This document shows positions 8,722 to 17,389 of a DNA stretch of 37,196 nt, piece by piece. Position 1 is the stretch's first letter, and each line of letters begins with the position of its first letter. A program made the translations under genes and the position numbers. The stretch lies in the NCBI GenBank assembly GCA_022820705.1, contig JAJEEZ010000645.1, positions 1 to 37,196 on the forward strand, in the 5' to 3' direction. The DNA is from Candidatus Latescibacterota bacterium (lineage in GTDB: Bacteria > Latescibacterota > UBA2968 > UBA8231). The notes under the pieces are model-generated. The model did no database searches and was not told where the DNA came from. It saw nothing but the letters and a program-made list of their open reading frames with translations.

Positions 8722-9735
8722 TTAGGTTTTTTCTTGAACTACAAATGCTTCGTCAGCACGCAGCTTCTTCACCGCCTGCCCCACACTGCGCAGCATCTCA
8801 GTCACTCCACGACCGGTAACGGCCGAGACCAAAAAGCGCGGCGCACGCAAATCGGCAAACGGATCTTCAAATTCCGCATTCGGCCCTAGCAAGTCAGCCT
8901 TAGTCAGCGCAATCCCAGCGGGCTTGTGCCGCATCCCTTCGTCGAAAGCATCCAACTCGCCGCGGAGGGCCTCCAGCTCGCCGCGCGGGTCCGGGCTGGT
9001 GCAATCAATGGCAAACAGCAGGATGCGCGTGCGCTCAATGTGGCGCAAAAACCGCATGCCCAAACCCTTGCCCTCATGCGCCCCCTCGATCAGCCCCGGC
9101 AAGTCGGCCAACACAAAACTCTCGCCTTCGGCCCACTGCACAATGCCCAAGTGCGGCTCCAAAGTCGTGAAGGGATAGTCGGCAATTTTAGGACGGGCCG
9201 CGGAAAGCCGCGCCAGCAGCGTGGATTTGCCCGCATTGGGAAAGCCCACCAGCCCCACATCCGCCAGCAACTTCAGCTCGAGCCGCACCACCATTTGCTC
9301 GCCTTCTCGCCCGGGGTCGGCGCGCCGTGGAGCCTGCACGCGAGGCGTGGCAAAGCGGGCATTGCCCCGACCTCCGCGACCACCCTCCAGCAGGACCAAC
9401 TCCTGCCCCTCCGCGACCATGTCGCGGATCAGCGCGCCCTTTGCGTCGCGCAAGAGGGTGCCCGGCGGCACGCAGATAATCGCGTGCTCGCCGCGCTGAC
9501 CCGTCCGGCGCTTGCCCTCGCCATGGGCACCGCGACCAGCGCGGATGTGGCGTTGGTAGCGAAAATCGTGCAACGTGTTAAGTTGAGGATCAACGCGGAA
9601 AATTACATCGCCGCCATCGCCGCCGTCGCCGCCGTCCGGCCCGCCGCGCGGCACGTACTTCTCGCGCCGAAACGAACAGCAGCCGCTGCCGCCATGCCCC
9701 GACTCCACCGTGATGGTCATTTCGTCGATGAACAT
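8722..9735 (-). CDS. obg: GTPase Obg/CgtA
   Basis: N-terminal MFIDE...GGDGGDGGDV Obg fold and G1 motif GFPNAGKST. Confidence 0.95.
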   Translation of the reverse strand: MFIDEMTITVESGHGGSGCCSFRREKYVPRGGPDGGDGGDGGDVIFRVDPQLNTLHDFRYQRHIRAGRGAHGEGKRRTGQRGEHAIICVPPGTLLRDAKGALIRDMVAEGQELVLLEGGRGGRGNARFATPRVQAPRRADPGREGEQMVVRLELKLLADVGLVGFPNAGKSTLLARLSAARPKIADYPFTTLEPHLGIVQWAEGESFVLADLPGLIEGAHEGKGLGMRFLRHIERTRILLFAIDCTSPDPRGELEALRGELDAFDEGMRHKPAGIALTKADLLGPNAEFEDPFADLRAPRFLVSAVTGRGVTEMLRSVGQAVKKLRADEAFVVQEKT

Positions 9736-9744
9736 GGGGACCGA

Positions 9745-11127
9745 CTAGTACTCTTCCGGCTCCGCCCGCCATCCAGGTGCCATCGCCTCGTACGTGGCAC
9801 TTTCCTTGTTCCACATCAAATCCACCGAGCCAACCGGGCCGTTGCGCTGCTTGCCGATGATGATCTGAGCAAGGCCCTCCAGACTCTCACCGTCTGGAGA
9901 CTTGAGATCGTACATCTCTGGGCGATAGATGAACATCACTACATCGGCGTCCTGCTCCAAGCTGCCCGACTCCCGCAGGTCCGATAGCTGCGGCCGCCGG
10001 TCCGTGCGGCTTTCTACGGCGCGCGACAACTGCGACAAGGCCAAGACCGGTACGTCCAATTCTTTCGCCATGGCCTTGAGGCCGCGCGAGATATGCGAAA
10101 TCTCCTGTTCGCGGCTCTGTGCCCTAGCATGTCCACTCATGAGTTGCAGATAGTCGATTATGACCATGTCGATCCCGTACTCGCGCTGCAGCCGCCGCGC
10201 CTTGGCTCGCGCTTCGAGTACTGAGATACCGGGTGTGTCGTCGATGTGGATGGGCGCTTGAGCCAAGCGGTCGATATTGTGCGTTAAGTGCATCCAGTCT
10301 TCTTCGCGCAGCCGGCCAGTGCGGAGCTTGTGCAAATCAACCTTGGTCTCCGCGCTGAGCAGTCTCTGAGCTAATTGCATCTTAGACATCTCCAAGCTGA
10401 AAATCGCCACCCCAACTCCAGCATCCACGGCCGCGTTGCGCGCCAGCGTCAGCGCCAGCGCCGTCTTGCCGACGCTGGGCCGCGCCGCGAGGATGACCAG
10501 ATCGCCCTTCTGAAAACCCGACATCTGGTCGTTGAGATCGGCAAAACCCGTATCCACCCCCAAGACCGTGCCCGCCCCCGCGTGGACGTGCTCGAGGTGC
10601 TCGAAGGTTTCGCCCATCACCTTCTCCAGCAGCTCAAAACCCTCGCCGATTTGGTTTTCGCTCAGGGTGAAAAGCTTCTGCTCGGCATTGTCGATCAGGG
10701 TCTGGACATCCTCGTCGGCCGCGTACGCTCGCTCAATGACTTCGCTAGAAGTTTCGATCAACTTGCGGCTGAGCGCCTTCTCCAAAACGATCCGCGCGTG
10801 ATAGTCGATATTGGCCGTCGTGGCCACTTCAGACCCCAGCTTGGCCAGATAAACGACCCCGCCGACATCGTCGAGTTGGCCGCGGCGCTTGAGTTCCTCG
10901 GTCAAGGTTAGCTGATCGACTGCCGTGCCCCGCTCAAAAAGGTCGGTCATAGCCGCGAATATCCGGCTGTGAGGGGCGTGGTAGAAACAGCTTTCGTCGA
11001 GGATTTCAACGGCGCGGACAATGGCCCGCTGCTCTAGCATCATCGCCCCGAGCACGGCCTGCTCGACCTCTACGGCCTGCGGCGGCATCCGCCCGAGATC
11101 TTGGCCTCCATTTCGACTCTGGGTCAT
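9745..11127 (-). CDS. dnaB: Replicative DNA helicase DnaB
   Basis: PPQAVEVEQAVLGAMM N-terminus, Walker A ARPSVGKTA, 460 aa, no intein. Confidence 0.95.
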   Translation of the reverse strand: MTQSRNGGQDLGRMPPQAVEVEQAVLGAMMLEQRAIVRAVEILDESCFYHAPHSRIFAAMTDLFERGTAVDQLTLTEELKRRGQLDDVGGVVYLAKLGSEVATTANIDYHARIVLEKALSRKLIETSSEVIERAYAADEDVQTLIDNAEQKLFTLSENQIGEGFELLEKVMGETFEHLEHVHAGAGTVLGVDTGFADLNDQMSGFQKGDLVILAARPSVGKTALALTLARNAAVDAGVGVAIFSLEMSKMQLAQRLLSAETKVDLHKLRTGRLREEDWMHLTHNIDRLAQAPIHIDDTPGISVLEARAKARRLQREYGIDMVIIDYLQLMSGHARAQSREQEISHISRGLKAMAKELDVPVLALSQLSRAVESRTDRRPQLSDLRESGSLEQDADVVMFIYRPEMYDLKSPDGESLEGLAQIIIGKQRNGPVGSVDLMWNKESATYEAMAPGWRAEPEEY

Positions 11128-11145
11128 GATTCAGCTCCAAAAAAT

Positions 11146-11829
11146 TTAGAGTTCGACCCCGTCGTAGAGCTTCCGCACCCGCTTCATGTCTTCCCAAGTC
11201 GGGCGCTTCCACTGGGAGTTGCGCAACAGGGCCGCCGGGTGGTACGTGGCCACCAAGGGGATACCCTCGTAGTGGTGATCCTGGTCGCGCAAGCGGCCCA
11301 TGGGCTCGCTGCTGCGGAGCAAGGTCTGCGCGGCAAAGCGACCCAAGGTGCAGATGACGCGGGGCTGGACGATTTCGATCTGGCGCTTGAGATACGGCTC
11401 GCACTGCTCAATCTCGTCGGGTAGGGGGTCGCGGTTATTCGGCGGGCGGCACTTGAGTATGTTGCAGATATAGACCTCGTCGCGGGACAGGCCCATAGCC
11501 TCGATGATCTTGGTCAGCAGTTGCCCAGCTTTCCCCACAAAAGGCTGGCCCATGCGGTCTTCCTCGGCCCCTGGGGCCTCGCCGATGAACATGATGCCGG
11601 CCGCTAGATCGCCGCTGCCAAACACGAAATTCTGCCGCGTCGCACCCAGCCGACAGCGAGTACACTCGCAAATCTGGCTGCGAAATGCCTCTAGCGTATC
11701 AACTGCTGGTTCCTCTGCCTTATGCTCCACAACCGCCTCCGGTGCTGTGAATTGGGTACCTTCAAAAGCCACTAAATCGGCTAGATAGCGCCGAGCCTCG
11801 TCCAGTACGTCCTCGCTCCGCTCTTCCAT
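11146..11829 (-). CDS. Uracil-DNA glycosylase, family 4
   Basis: CTRCRL, GEAPGAEED, GKAG and HPAALLRN motifs. Confidence 0.9.
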   Translation of the reverse strand: MEERSEDVLDEARRYLADLVAFEGTQFTAPEAVVEHKAEEPAVDTLEAFRSQICECTRCRLGATRQNFVFGSGDLAAGIMFIGEAPGAEEDRMGQPFVGKAGQLLTKIIEAMGLSRDEVYICNILKCRPPNNRDPLPDEIEQCEPYLKRQIEIVQPRVICTLGRFAAQTLLRSSEPMGRLRDQDHHYEGIPLVATYHPAALLRNSQWKRPTWEDMKRVRKLYDGVEL

Positions 11830-11853
11830 GGCGACATCCTCGCTCAGTACGGG

Positions 11854-13047
11854 TTAAACTCCCCGCCGCGTCCGCACCCAGTCGAGGATGCGGTCGGCGA
11901 CCGCAGACTTGCTCAGCAGGGGCAGGTCCTCCTCTTGGCCCTCAACGTCAATCAGGGTAACGCGATTGGTGTCGCCGGCAAAACCAGCCCCTTCGTCGTT
12001 GAGCATGTTGAGCACGATTAAGTCGCCCCCTTTGCGCACCAGCTTCTCCCGCGCCCGCTCCGGCCCCTTTTCCGTCTCCATCGCAAAGACGACCAGCAAC
12101 CGCTGGCCCTTGCGTTGACCTAGCCCAGCGGCAATGTCCGGGTTTTCGATCAACTCGATAGAGCGAGATGCAGCACCGCGCTTGATTTTTTGCGCGGCCA
12201 CTTCCTTGGCGCGATAGTCGGCCGGAGCTGCCGCCAAAATCGCCCCATCTACTTGCTCAAACAAGGTCTCGACAGCGCGCTGCATGTCGCTCGTCGAGCG
12301 CACCAACTGCCGTTCCACACCAGCGGGCGCGGGCAGTGCAGTCGGCCCGGAAACCAGCCACACGCGCGCCCCACGCGCCGCGGCCCGTTCGGCTATCGCA
12401 TAGCCCATCTTGCCCGACGAGCGATTGGAAATAAAGCGCACCGGATCGAGGTCCTCGACCGTGGGACCAGCCGTTACCAGCAGCTTCAGTCCATCCAAGT
12501 CGCCGCTGAAATGCGCCGCAACCGCCTCAACCAACTCCGCTGGCTCGGGCATCCGCCCGCGGCCAACCGCACCCGACGCCAGAGGCCCCACCCCTGGTTC
12601 GAGCAGGTGGAACCCCCGCTCTGCCAAGGTCTGCACATTGGCCTCGACCGCGGGATTGGCGAACATGTTCTCCTCCATCGACGGCACCAGCAGGACGGGG
12701 ACACCCGCGCACAACAACACCGAGGTGAGCAAGTCGTCGGCCAAACCGCCGGCTATGCGCCCCAAACAGTGCGCCGTAGCCGGAGCTACTAAAATCAAGT
12801 CGGTCCACTCGGCCAACCCCACGTGCAGGACGGGAAATTCCGCATCGCGGCCAAATAAATCGCTGTACACCGCGTGGCGGGAAAGCACTTCTAACGTCTT
12901 GGGCGCGACGAACTCGCCAGCCGCGCGGGTCAATACCACTCGTACCTCAACCCCTTCAGCCATCAACAGCCGCACAATCTCCGGCGTCTTGTACGCGGCA
13001 ATGCCGCCGGTGACTCCGAGTAGGATATGGCGACCCTGCAAGCTCAT
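11854..13047 (-). CDS. coaBC: Bifunctional phosphopantothenoylcysteine decarboxylase / phosphopantothenate-cysteine ligase
   Basis: ILLGVTGGIAAYK flavoprotein N-terminus plus a CoaB half (ISNRSSGKMG). ATG 13047 overlaps the upstream stop as ATGA. Confidence 0.9.
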   Translation of the reverse strand: MSLQGRHILLGVTGGIAAYKTPEIVRLLMAEGVEVRVVLTRAAGEFVAPKTLEVLSRHAVYSDLFGRDAEFPVLHVGLAEWTDLILVAPATAHCLGRIAGGLADDLLTSVLLCAGVPVLLVPSMEENMFANPAVEANVQTLAERGFHLLEPGVGPLASGAVGRGRMPEPAELVEAVAAHFSGDLDGLKLLVTAGPTVEDLDPVRFISNRSSGKMGYAIAERAAARGARVWLVSGPTALPAPAGVERQLVRSTSDMQRAVETLFEQVDGAILAAAPADYRAKEVAAQKIKRGAASRSIELIENPDIAAGLGQRKGQRLLVVFAMETEKGPERAREKLVRKGGDLIVLNMLNDEGAGFAGDTNRVTLIDVEGQEEDLPLLSKSAVADRILDWVRTRRGV

Positions 13048-13598
13048 GGCTGATCGAGGCGCGCCAAGATGTGCGCGCAGGCGGCTTGGGGGTTGCAGCA
13101 TTCGGTATCGACGACCAAGTCGTACACCGACAAGTCGCTGATGGCGATTTGGTGATGCGCGGCGTAGCGCTGGGCCTCGGACTCCTCGCGCTGGCGCGTT
13201 TCCGCGAGCGCTTGCGCCACCGGCTTGCCCTCGCGCTGTCCCACGCGCTCAGCCCGCACGGCCAGCGCCGCTTGCAGCCAGACCTTGAGGGCTGGAAGCT
13301 GATGCCGCTGGGCCATCCAGCCGGTGAGTCGCCCTTCGACGACGACTGGCGCACTCGCCCGCGCTTGCTCAACCAAGCGTTCGTCGAGCTGGCGGTCGAT
13401 GCAGCCATCAGCTTCGGCCCGCTGGCCAAACTCGGCCAAGCTCACGCCCGCCTCTTGGGCCAGCTTGCGAAAGACGGCTCCGGCATTGACATAAGCCCAG
13501 CCCAGCCGCGCACACAGCCGGTCGCACACCGTGGTGGTGCCGCTGCCAGCCAAGCCGCTGATGGTGATGATCTGCACGGATGCCATAGATGCCTTCAC
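13044..13598 (-). CDS. cmk: Cytidylate kinase family protein (short, archaeal-type)
   Basis: P-loop ISGLAGSGTTT; 184 aa; sits between yicC and coaBC. Confidence 0.7.
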   Translation of the reverse strand: MKASMASVQIITISGLAGSGTTTVCDRLCARLGWAYVNAGAVFRKLAQEAGVSLAEFGQRAEADGCIDRQLDERLVEQARASAPVVVEGRLTGWMAQRHQLPALKVWLQAALAVRAERVGQREGKPVAQALAETRQREESEAQRYAAHHQIAISDLSVYDLVVDTECCNPQAACAHILARLDQP

Positions 13599-14563
13599 GC
13601 CAAGTTTTGCACCTGCTCGCGCAGCCGCTCAATCTCTTCTTTGATCTCTACGACCCAATGGGCGATCTCGGCATCTGCGGCCTTGGTGCTGATGGTGTTG
13701 GCTTCGCGGTGCATTTCCTGCAAGAGAAAGTTCAAGCGCTTGCCCACTTCGCCGCCCTGGGCCAAGGTATCGAGGAACTGGGTATTGTGGCTGCGGAAGC
13801 GGACGATCTCCTCGACGATGTCGCTGCGCTCGGCGATCAGGGCAATCTCCGTGGCGAGGCGATCTTCGGCAACCGCCCCAGGCGCGAGCAGCGAGGCGAT
13901 CTTTTCCCGCAGCCGCTCGGCAACCTCACCACGGGTCGCTTGCGCTCGCTCGGCTACGCGCTCCAGATGCACCCCCACCGCCTCGACGCGGGCGCGCAAG
14001 TCCTCGGCGAGAGTGTGTCCCTCGGCCTCGCGCATGGCCACTAACTCGGCCAGCGCTTGGTCCAACCCCACCCGCAGCACCTCTTGCGCAACCGCGCTAT
14101 CCAGCTCTGCGACTTGGACGCGAAAGAGATTGGGTAGCTTCGCCAGCAGCACCCGCTCAATTCCCACATTGAAATGCTCTAGTCCCTTAAAGCGAGCAAA
14201 AAACGCCTTCCACGGCGGCAGCGTAGCCCGACTCTCCGCCGCTTCGCTCTGCGCCAATTCAGCTAGCCGCCGTAGCTGGGCCAGATAGTGCTTGGCGGCT
14301 TCTTCGTCTAACTGGGGCAGGGCCTCGGGCTGACTTTCCTCTTCCCAAGCGATGTGCGCGCTTATCTTGCCGCGCTTAACCCGCGCCTGAATCCGCTCGC
14401 GGATGGCTAGCTCAAAGGGCTGGAGATCAGCCGGGCAGCGCACCTGTATGTCGAGATAGCGGCTGTTGACCGACCGCAGTTCGACGGCGAGCCGCAAACT
14501 CCGCCGCTCGGCTGCGGCGCGGCCAAAGCCGGTCATGCTGTGAATGGGAACTGGCTCGGTCAT
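13595..14563 (-). CDS. yicC: YicC family stress-induced protein
   Basis: SMTGFGRA N-terminus and C-terminal NFLLQEMHREANTISTKA. Confidence 0.85.
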   Translation of the reverse strand: MTEPVPIHSMTGFGRAAAERRSLRLAVELRSVNSRYLDIQVRCPADLQPFELAIRERIQARVKRGKISAHIAWEEESQPEALPQLDEEAAKHYLAQLRRLAELAQSEAAESRATLPPWKAFFARFKGLEHFNVGIERVLLAKLPNLFRVQVAELDSAVAQEVLRVGLDQALAELVAMREAEGHTLAEDLRARVEAVGVHLERVAERAQATRGEVAERLREKIASLLAPGAVAEDRLATEIALIAERSDIVEEIVRFRSHNTQFLDTLAQGGEVGKRLNFLLQEMHREANTISTKAADAEIAHWVVEIKEEIERLREQVQNLA

Positions 14564-14643
14564 AATTGGTTCTCGCGGGATAAAAGTTACAACTAAGGAA
14601 AGTCGCTAAGGAGTAAATCCGATGCAAGAGAGGATTGGCAGCC

Positions 14644-15885
14644 TCAGCGGCCTGGATTCACGGCAATGCGGACGATGGAAGAAAAGCCGACGAGCTGTGC
14701 AAGAGTTTGGCCCTCGGCCGTGAATTTCCACAGCACGTCGTCGGTCGCGACCCAAGCCCGCTGCTGCACTGGGTCAAAGGACAAGGCGCTACCGCCGGGC
14801 ACGTCGGTCCAGTGCTGCTCCAATATCCCGGCAGCCGAGAACACCGCCAGATCCCGTTCCCCCAATACCCAGCAGGCTCCGCTTGCATCATCCACGGCCA
14901 GTCCCACGGCCGCGGCAAAAGGCAATTCCACGTAGAGGATGGTGCCCGCTCGATCCAGCCGCGCCAAGCGGTGCCCCTCACCGCCCAACAGCCACACATC
15001 TCCCCCTGTGCCTGCCACCAGTGCCTTGGGAGCCGCCAGCACGTGGAATTCAGCGGCGCGAGTGCCGTCGGGCTGGTAGAACAGCACGCGGCTTTGGGCT
15101 TGGTCGGCGATCCAGCAGCCTCCGGCCTGTGCGGCCAACGCCACAGGCTGAGTAAAGGAGGCATCGACCGGAATGAGGGCCAGCGAATCGGCCGCGTCCA
15201 AGGAAAACCAAAAGACCCGCTGTTGCCCCGCGTCGGCCAGCCAACCAATGCGCGCGGCAGCATCAATGGCCAGAGCACCGGGGCTCTCCACCGCCGCGCC
15301 CAGCGCAGCCAACGCGCCGTCTTCCGCAATCCGGTACAGCCCGGCAAACCCCCGGTCGCTGACCCAGCACGAACCATTAGCCACGTCGAGCGCAATCGCC
15401 GCCAAGTCGAAAAAGCGCCCCTGGGCAAAGTGCGCACTGCGCGCATCCGCGCTGATTTTCCACACCAGCCCGGCGTGGCGATCAGCCACCCAAGCGACTT
15501 CTGGGCCGGGCGTAGCAGACACGGGCCTGCCGCTAGGGCGCTCGTCTTCCCCGGCGACGAGCAAGCTGAGCTGGTACTCGTAGCTCGTCCCGTTTTGCAC
15601 TCCTCCGTCCGCATATGTGGTCGCGTCTGGTGCCAGCACTGGGGTGATCGGCTCCCACTCGTCCCCAGGCAGACGGCGGTAGAGTCGGTAGCCTTCGATA
15701 TCGGAAAAGTGGGAAAAATCCCACCGCAACTCCACCTGACCATCGAGTGCCAAAGCCGTCAAGGCACTAAACGACTCGCTCTGCAGGTCCTCGGCTTGCG
15801 GGTCGAGTGGATTGCGCCGCGGGCGGTCGCTGCAAGCTAAGACCAGCGCGCCGAGGCAGCACCCTATCCAGAGACAGCTTCTCAC
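14644..15885 (-). CDS. Lipoprotein with an FN3-like domain and a beta-propeller-like repeat region
   Basis: Signal peptide and lipobox (LVLAC). FN3-like EGYRLYRR...TSYEYQL. Repeated CW(V/I)(S/A)D blades. GTG start overlaps the upstream stop (GTGA). Confidence 0.6.
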   Translation of the reverse strand: MRSCLWIGCCLGALVLACSDRPRRNPLDPQAEDLQSESFSALTALALDGQVELRWDFSHFSDIEGYRLYRRLPGDEWEPITPVLAPDATTYADGGVQNGTSYEYQLSLLVAGEDERPSGRPVSATPGPEVAWVADRHAGLVWKISADARSAHFAQGRFFDLAAIALDVANGSCWVSDRGFAGLYRIAEDGALAALGAAVESPGALAIDAAARIGWLADAGQQRVFWFSLDAADSLALIPVDASFTQPVALAAQAGGCWIADQAQSRVLFYQPDGTRAAEFHVLAAPKALVAGTGGDVWLLGGEGHRLARLDRAGTILYVELPFAAAVGLAVDDASGACWVLGERDLAVFSAAGILEQHWTDVPGGSALSFDPVQQRAWVATDDVLWKFTAEGQTLAQLVGFSSIVRIAVNPGR

Positions 15886-16313
15886 GACCGAGACCTAAAA
15901 AAGAGCAGGTACGAACTGAGTACCAAGCCTACCTCCATGCCGATAAACGCCGCGCCAGTCACGCGGTCAAAGTGCTTGGCCGCGTCCAATTCTCGCTGCT
16001 GACGCACCACGCTGGCCGAGCGCAAATAGCGGTCGTACGCAGCGTTGGCCCGCTCCTTGCTCCAGTAGGCCACTGCACCGGCCCCCACGGCCAAGGCCGC
16101 GCTCAAGTAGAGCTTTTTGCGCGAGCGTTTCTCCTTGCTTGGAGCCGCAGACGCAGTTGGCATCGACTGCTGCCCAAGCTTTGGCTGCTCGGCCCATTGC
16201 TCCGCTAAAGCTGCTTCCAACGGAGCCAACCGCCGAGCTAGCTCTAACGGCTCAGCCCATGTCGGCACACCTGAAAGCACCAGCAGCAAGCACCAAGCAA
16301 TCGTCTTTTTCAT
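15882..16313 (-). CDS. Secreted/membrane-anchored hypothetical protein
   Basis: Signal peptide MKKTIAWCLLLVLSGVPTWA and two hydrophobic segments. Embedded in the operon. Confidence 0.5.
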   Translation of the reverse strand: MKKTIAWCLLLVLSGVPTWAEPLELARRLAPLEAALAEQWAEQPKLGQQSMPTASAAPSKEKRSRKKLYLSAALAVGAGAVAYWSKERANAAYDRYLRSASVVRQQRELDAAKHFDRVTGAAFIGMEVGLVLSSYLLFFRSRS

Positions 16314-16327
16314 GCCGTTTCCCTCGC

Positions 16328-17389
16328 TCAGTGGCGTCCAAACACGTAGAGAAGCCGCTTCTCAGTGGCGACGACGACGACCTGTGCGCCCAAGGACACC
16401 GGTGCCAAAACGGGGCCGTCCAACCGGTATTTCCACAGCAGATGTCCGTCTTGCAGATCCAAGGCGTAGAGATGGCCGTCGCTGGAAGCGCCATACGCAG
16501 TGTGATCCGTAGCGACTGGACTGCTCCGCACCACACCCTCAGTGGCAAACGTCCACCGCACGGCACCAGTAGCCGCGTCTAGTCCATAGAAGTGACTGTC
16601 GGCGCAGCCGACCACCAAGACACCGCCGGCCAATGCTAGCCCCGGAGTCGGCAGCGCACCCAAGGCCTGCTCCCACACCACCTGCCCGGAGTCGCGGTAC
16701 GCGGCTAGCACCCGACCAGAGGCTGTCGCCGTAACTATCTGCTCTCCAGCAAGTACGGGCTGCGAGCGCACCGCTTCCTCTAGACTCGTGCGCCAGCGCT
16801 CTTTGCCACTTTCCGCATTCAGGGCTACCAAGTCCCCAGACGCGGTACCAGCAAACGCGAGATCACCGCTCAGCGTCAGTTCAGTCCGCGGCCGACCGCC
16901 CAATTCGGCGTGCCACAGCAAATGCCCGTCGTCCAGACGCAGCGCCTGCACTGCGCCCTGCTCATCCACCGCGATCAGGGTATCGCCGCGCACGACCGGC
17001 ACCTGACAAAACGTTCCCTCGTGCCGCCAAAGCTCCGCTGCTGTCCGCCGATCCAAAACCCGCAAGCTAGGCTTGCGGCCCAACACCCCCAGCGCGTACC
17101 GCGCCCCGGCCAACTGCCCTGGGGCACACGCCATTTTATCGTATCCATGCTTGCCCAACTGGGTGCCATTGCGTCGGTTCAGCGCATAGAGGGTCGGCTC
17201 CGTCGTCAGTTGGAGGATCAGATCACCGGCAAAGAGCGCGCCGCCCAGCGGCGAGCCGTCCATTTTGTGCGTCCACAAAAGTTGCAGCGGCGGCTCAACT
17301 CCCACTGCGCTGCGCCCCGGCTCGCCGAGGTAGAGCACCTTTTCGCCGCAGGCCGTCAACAGGCAAAATCCGAGCAAGGCGTAGCGCAT
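16328..17389 (-). CDS. PQQ-like beta-propeller repeat protein (BamB-like)
   Basis: Lipoprotein-type N-terminus (LLTAC) and repeated G.LYALD/..G...W motifs (HFYGLDAATGAVRW, HLYALDLQDGHLLW). Confidence 0.8.
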   Translation of the reverse strand: MRYALLGFCLLTACGEKVLYLGEPGRSAVGVEPPLQLLWTHKMDGSPLGGALFAGDLILQLTTEPTLYALNRRNGTQLGKHGYDKMACAPGQLAGARYALGVLGRKPSLRVLDRRTAAELWRHEGTFCQVPVVRGDTLIAVDEQGAVQALRLDDGHLLWHAELGGRPRTELTLSGDLAFAGTASGDLVALNAESGKERWRTSLEEAVRSQPVLAGEQIVTATASGRVLAAYRDSGQVVWEQALGALPTPGLALAGGVLVVGCADSHFYGLDAATGAVRWTFATEGVVRSSPVATDHTAYGASSDGHLYALDLQDGHLLWKYRLDGPVLAPVSLGAQVVVVATEKRLLYVFGRH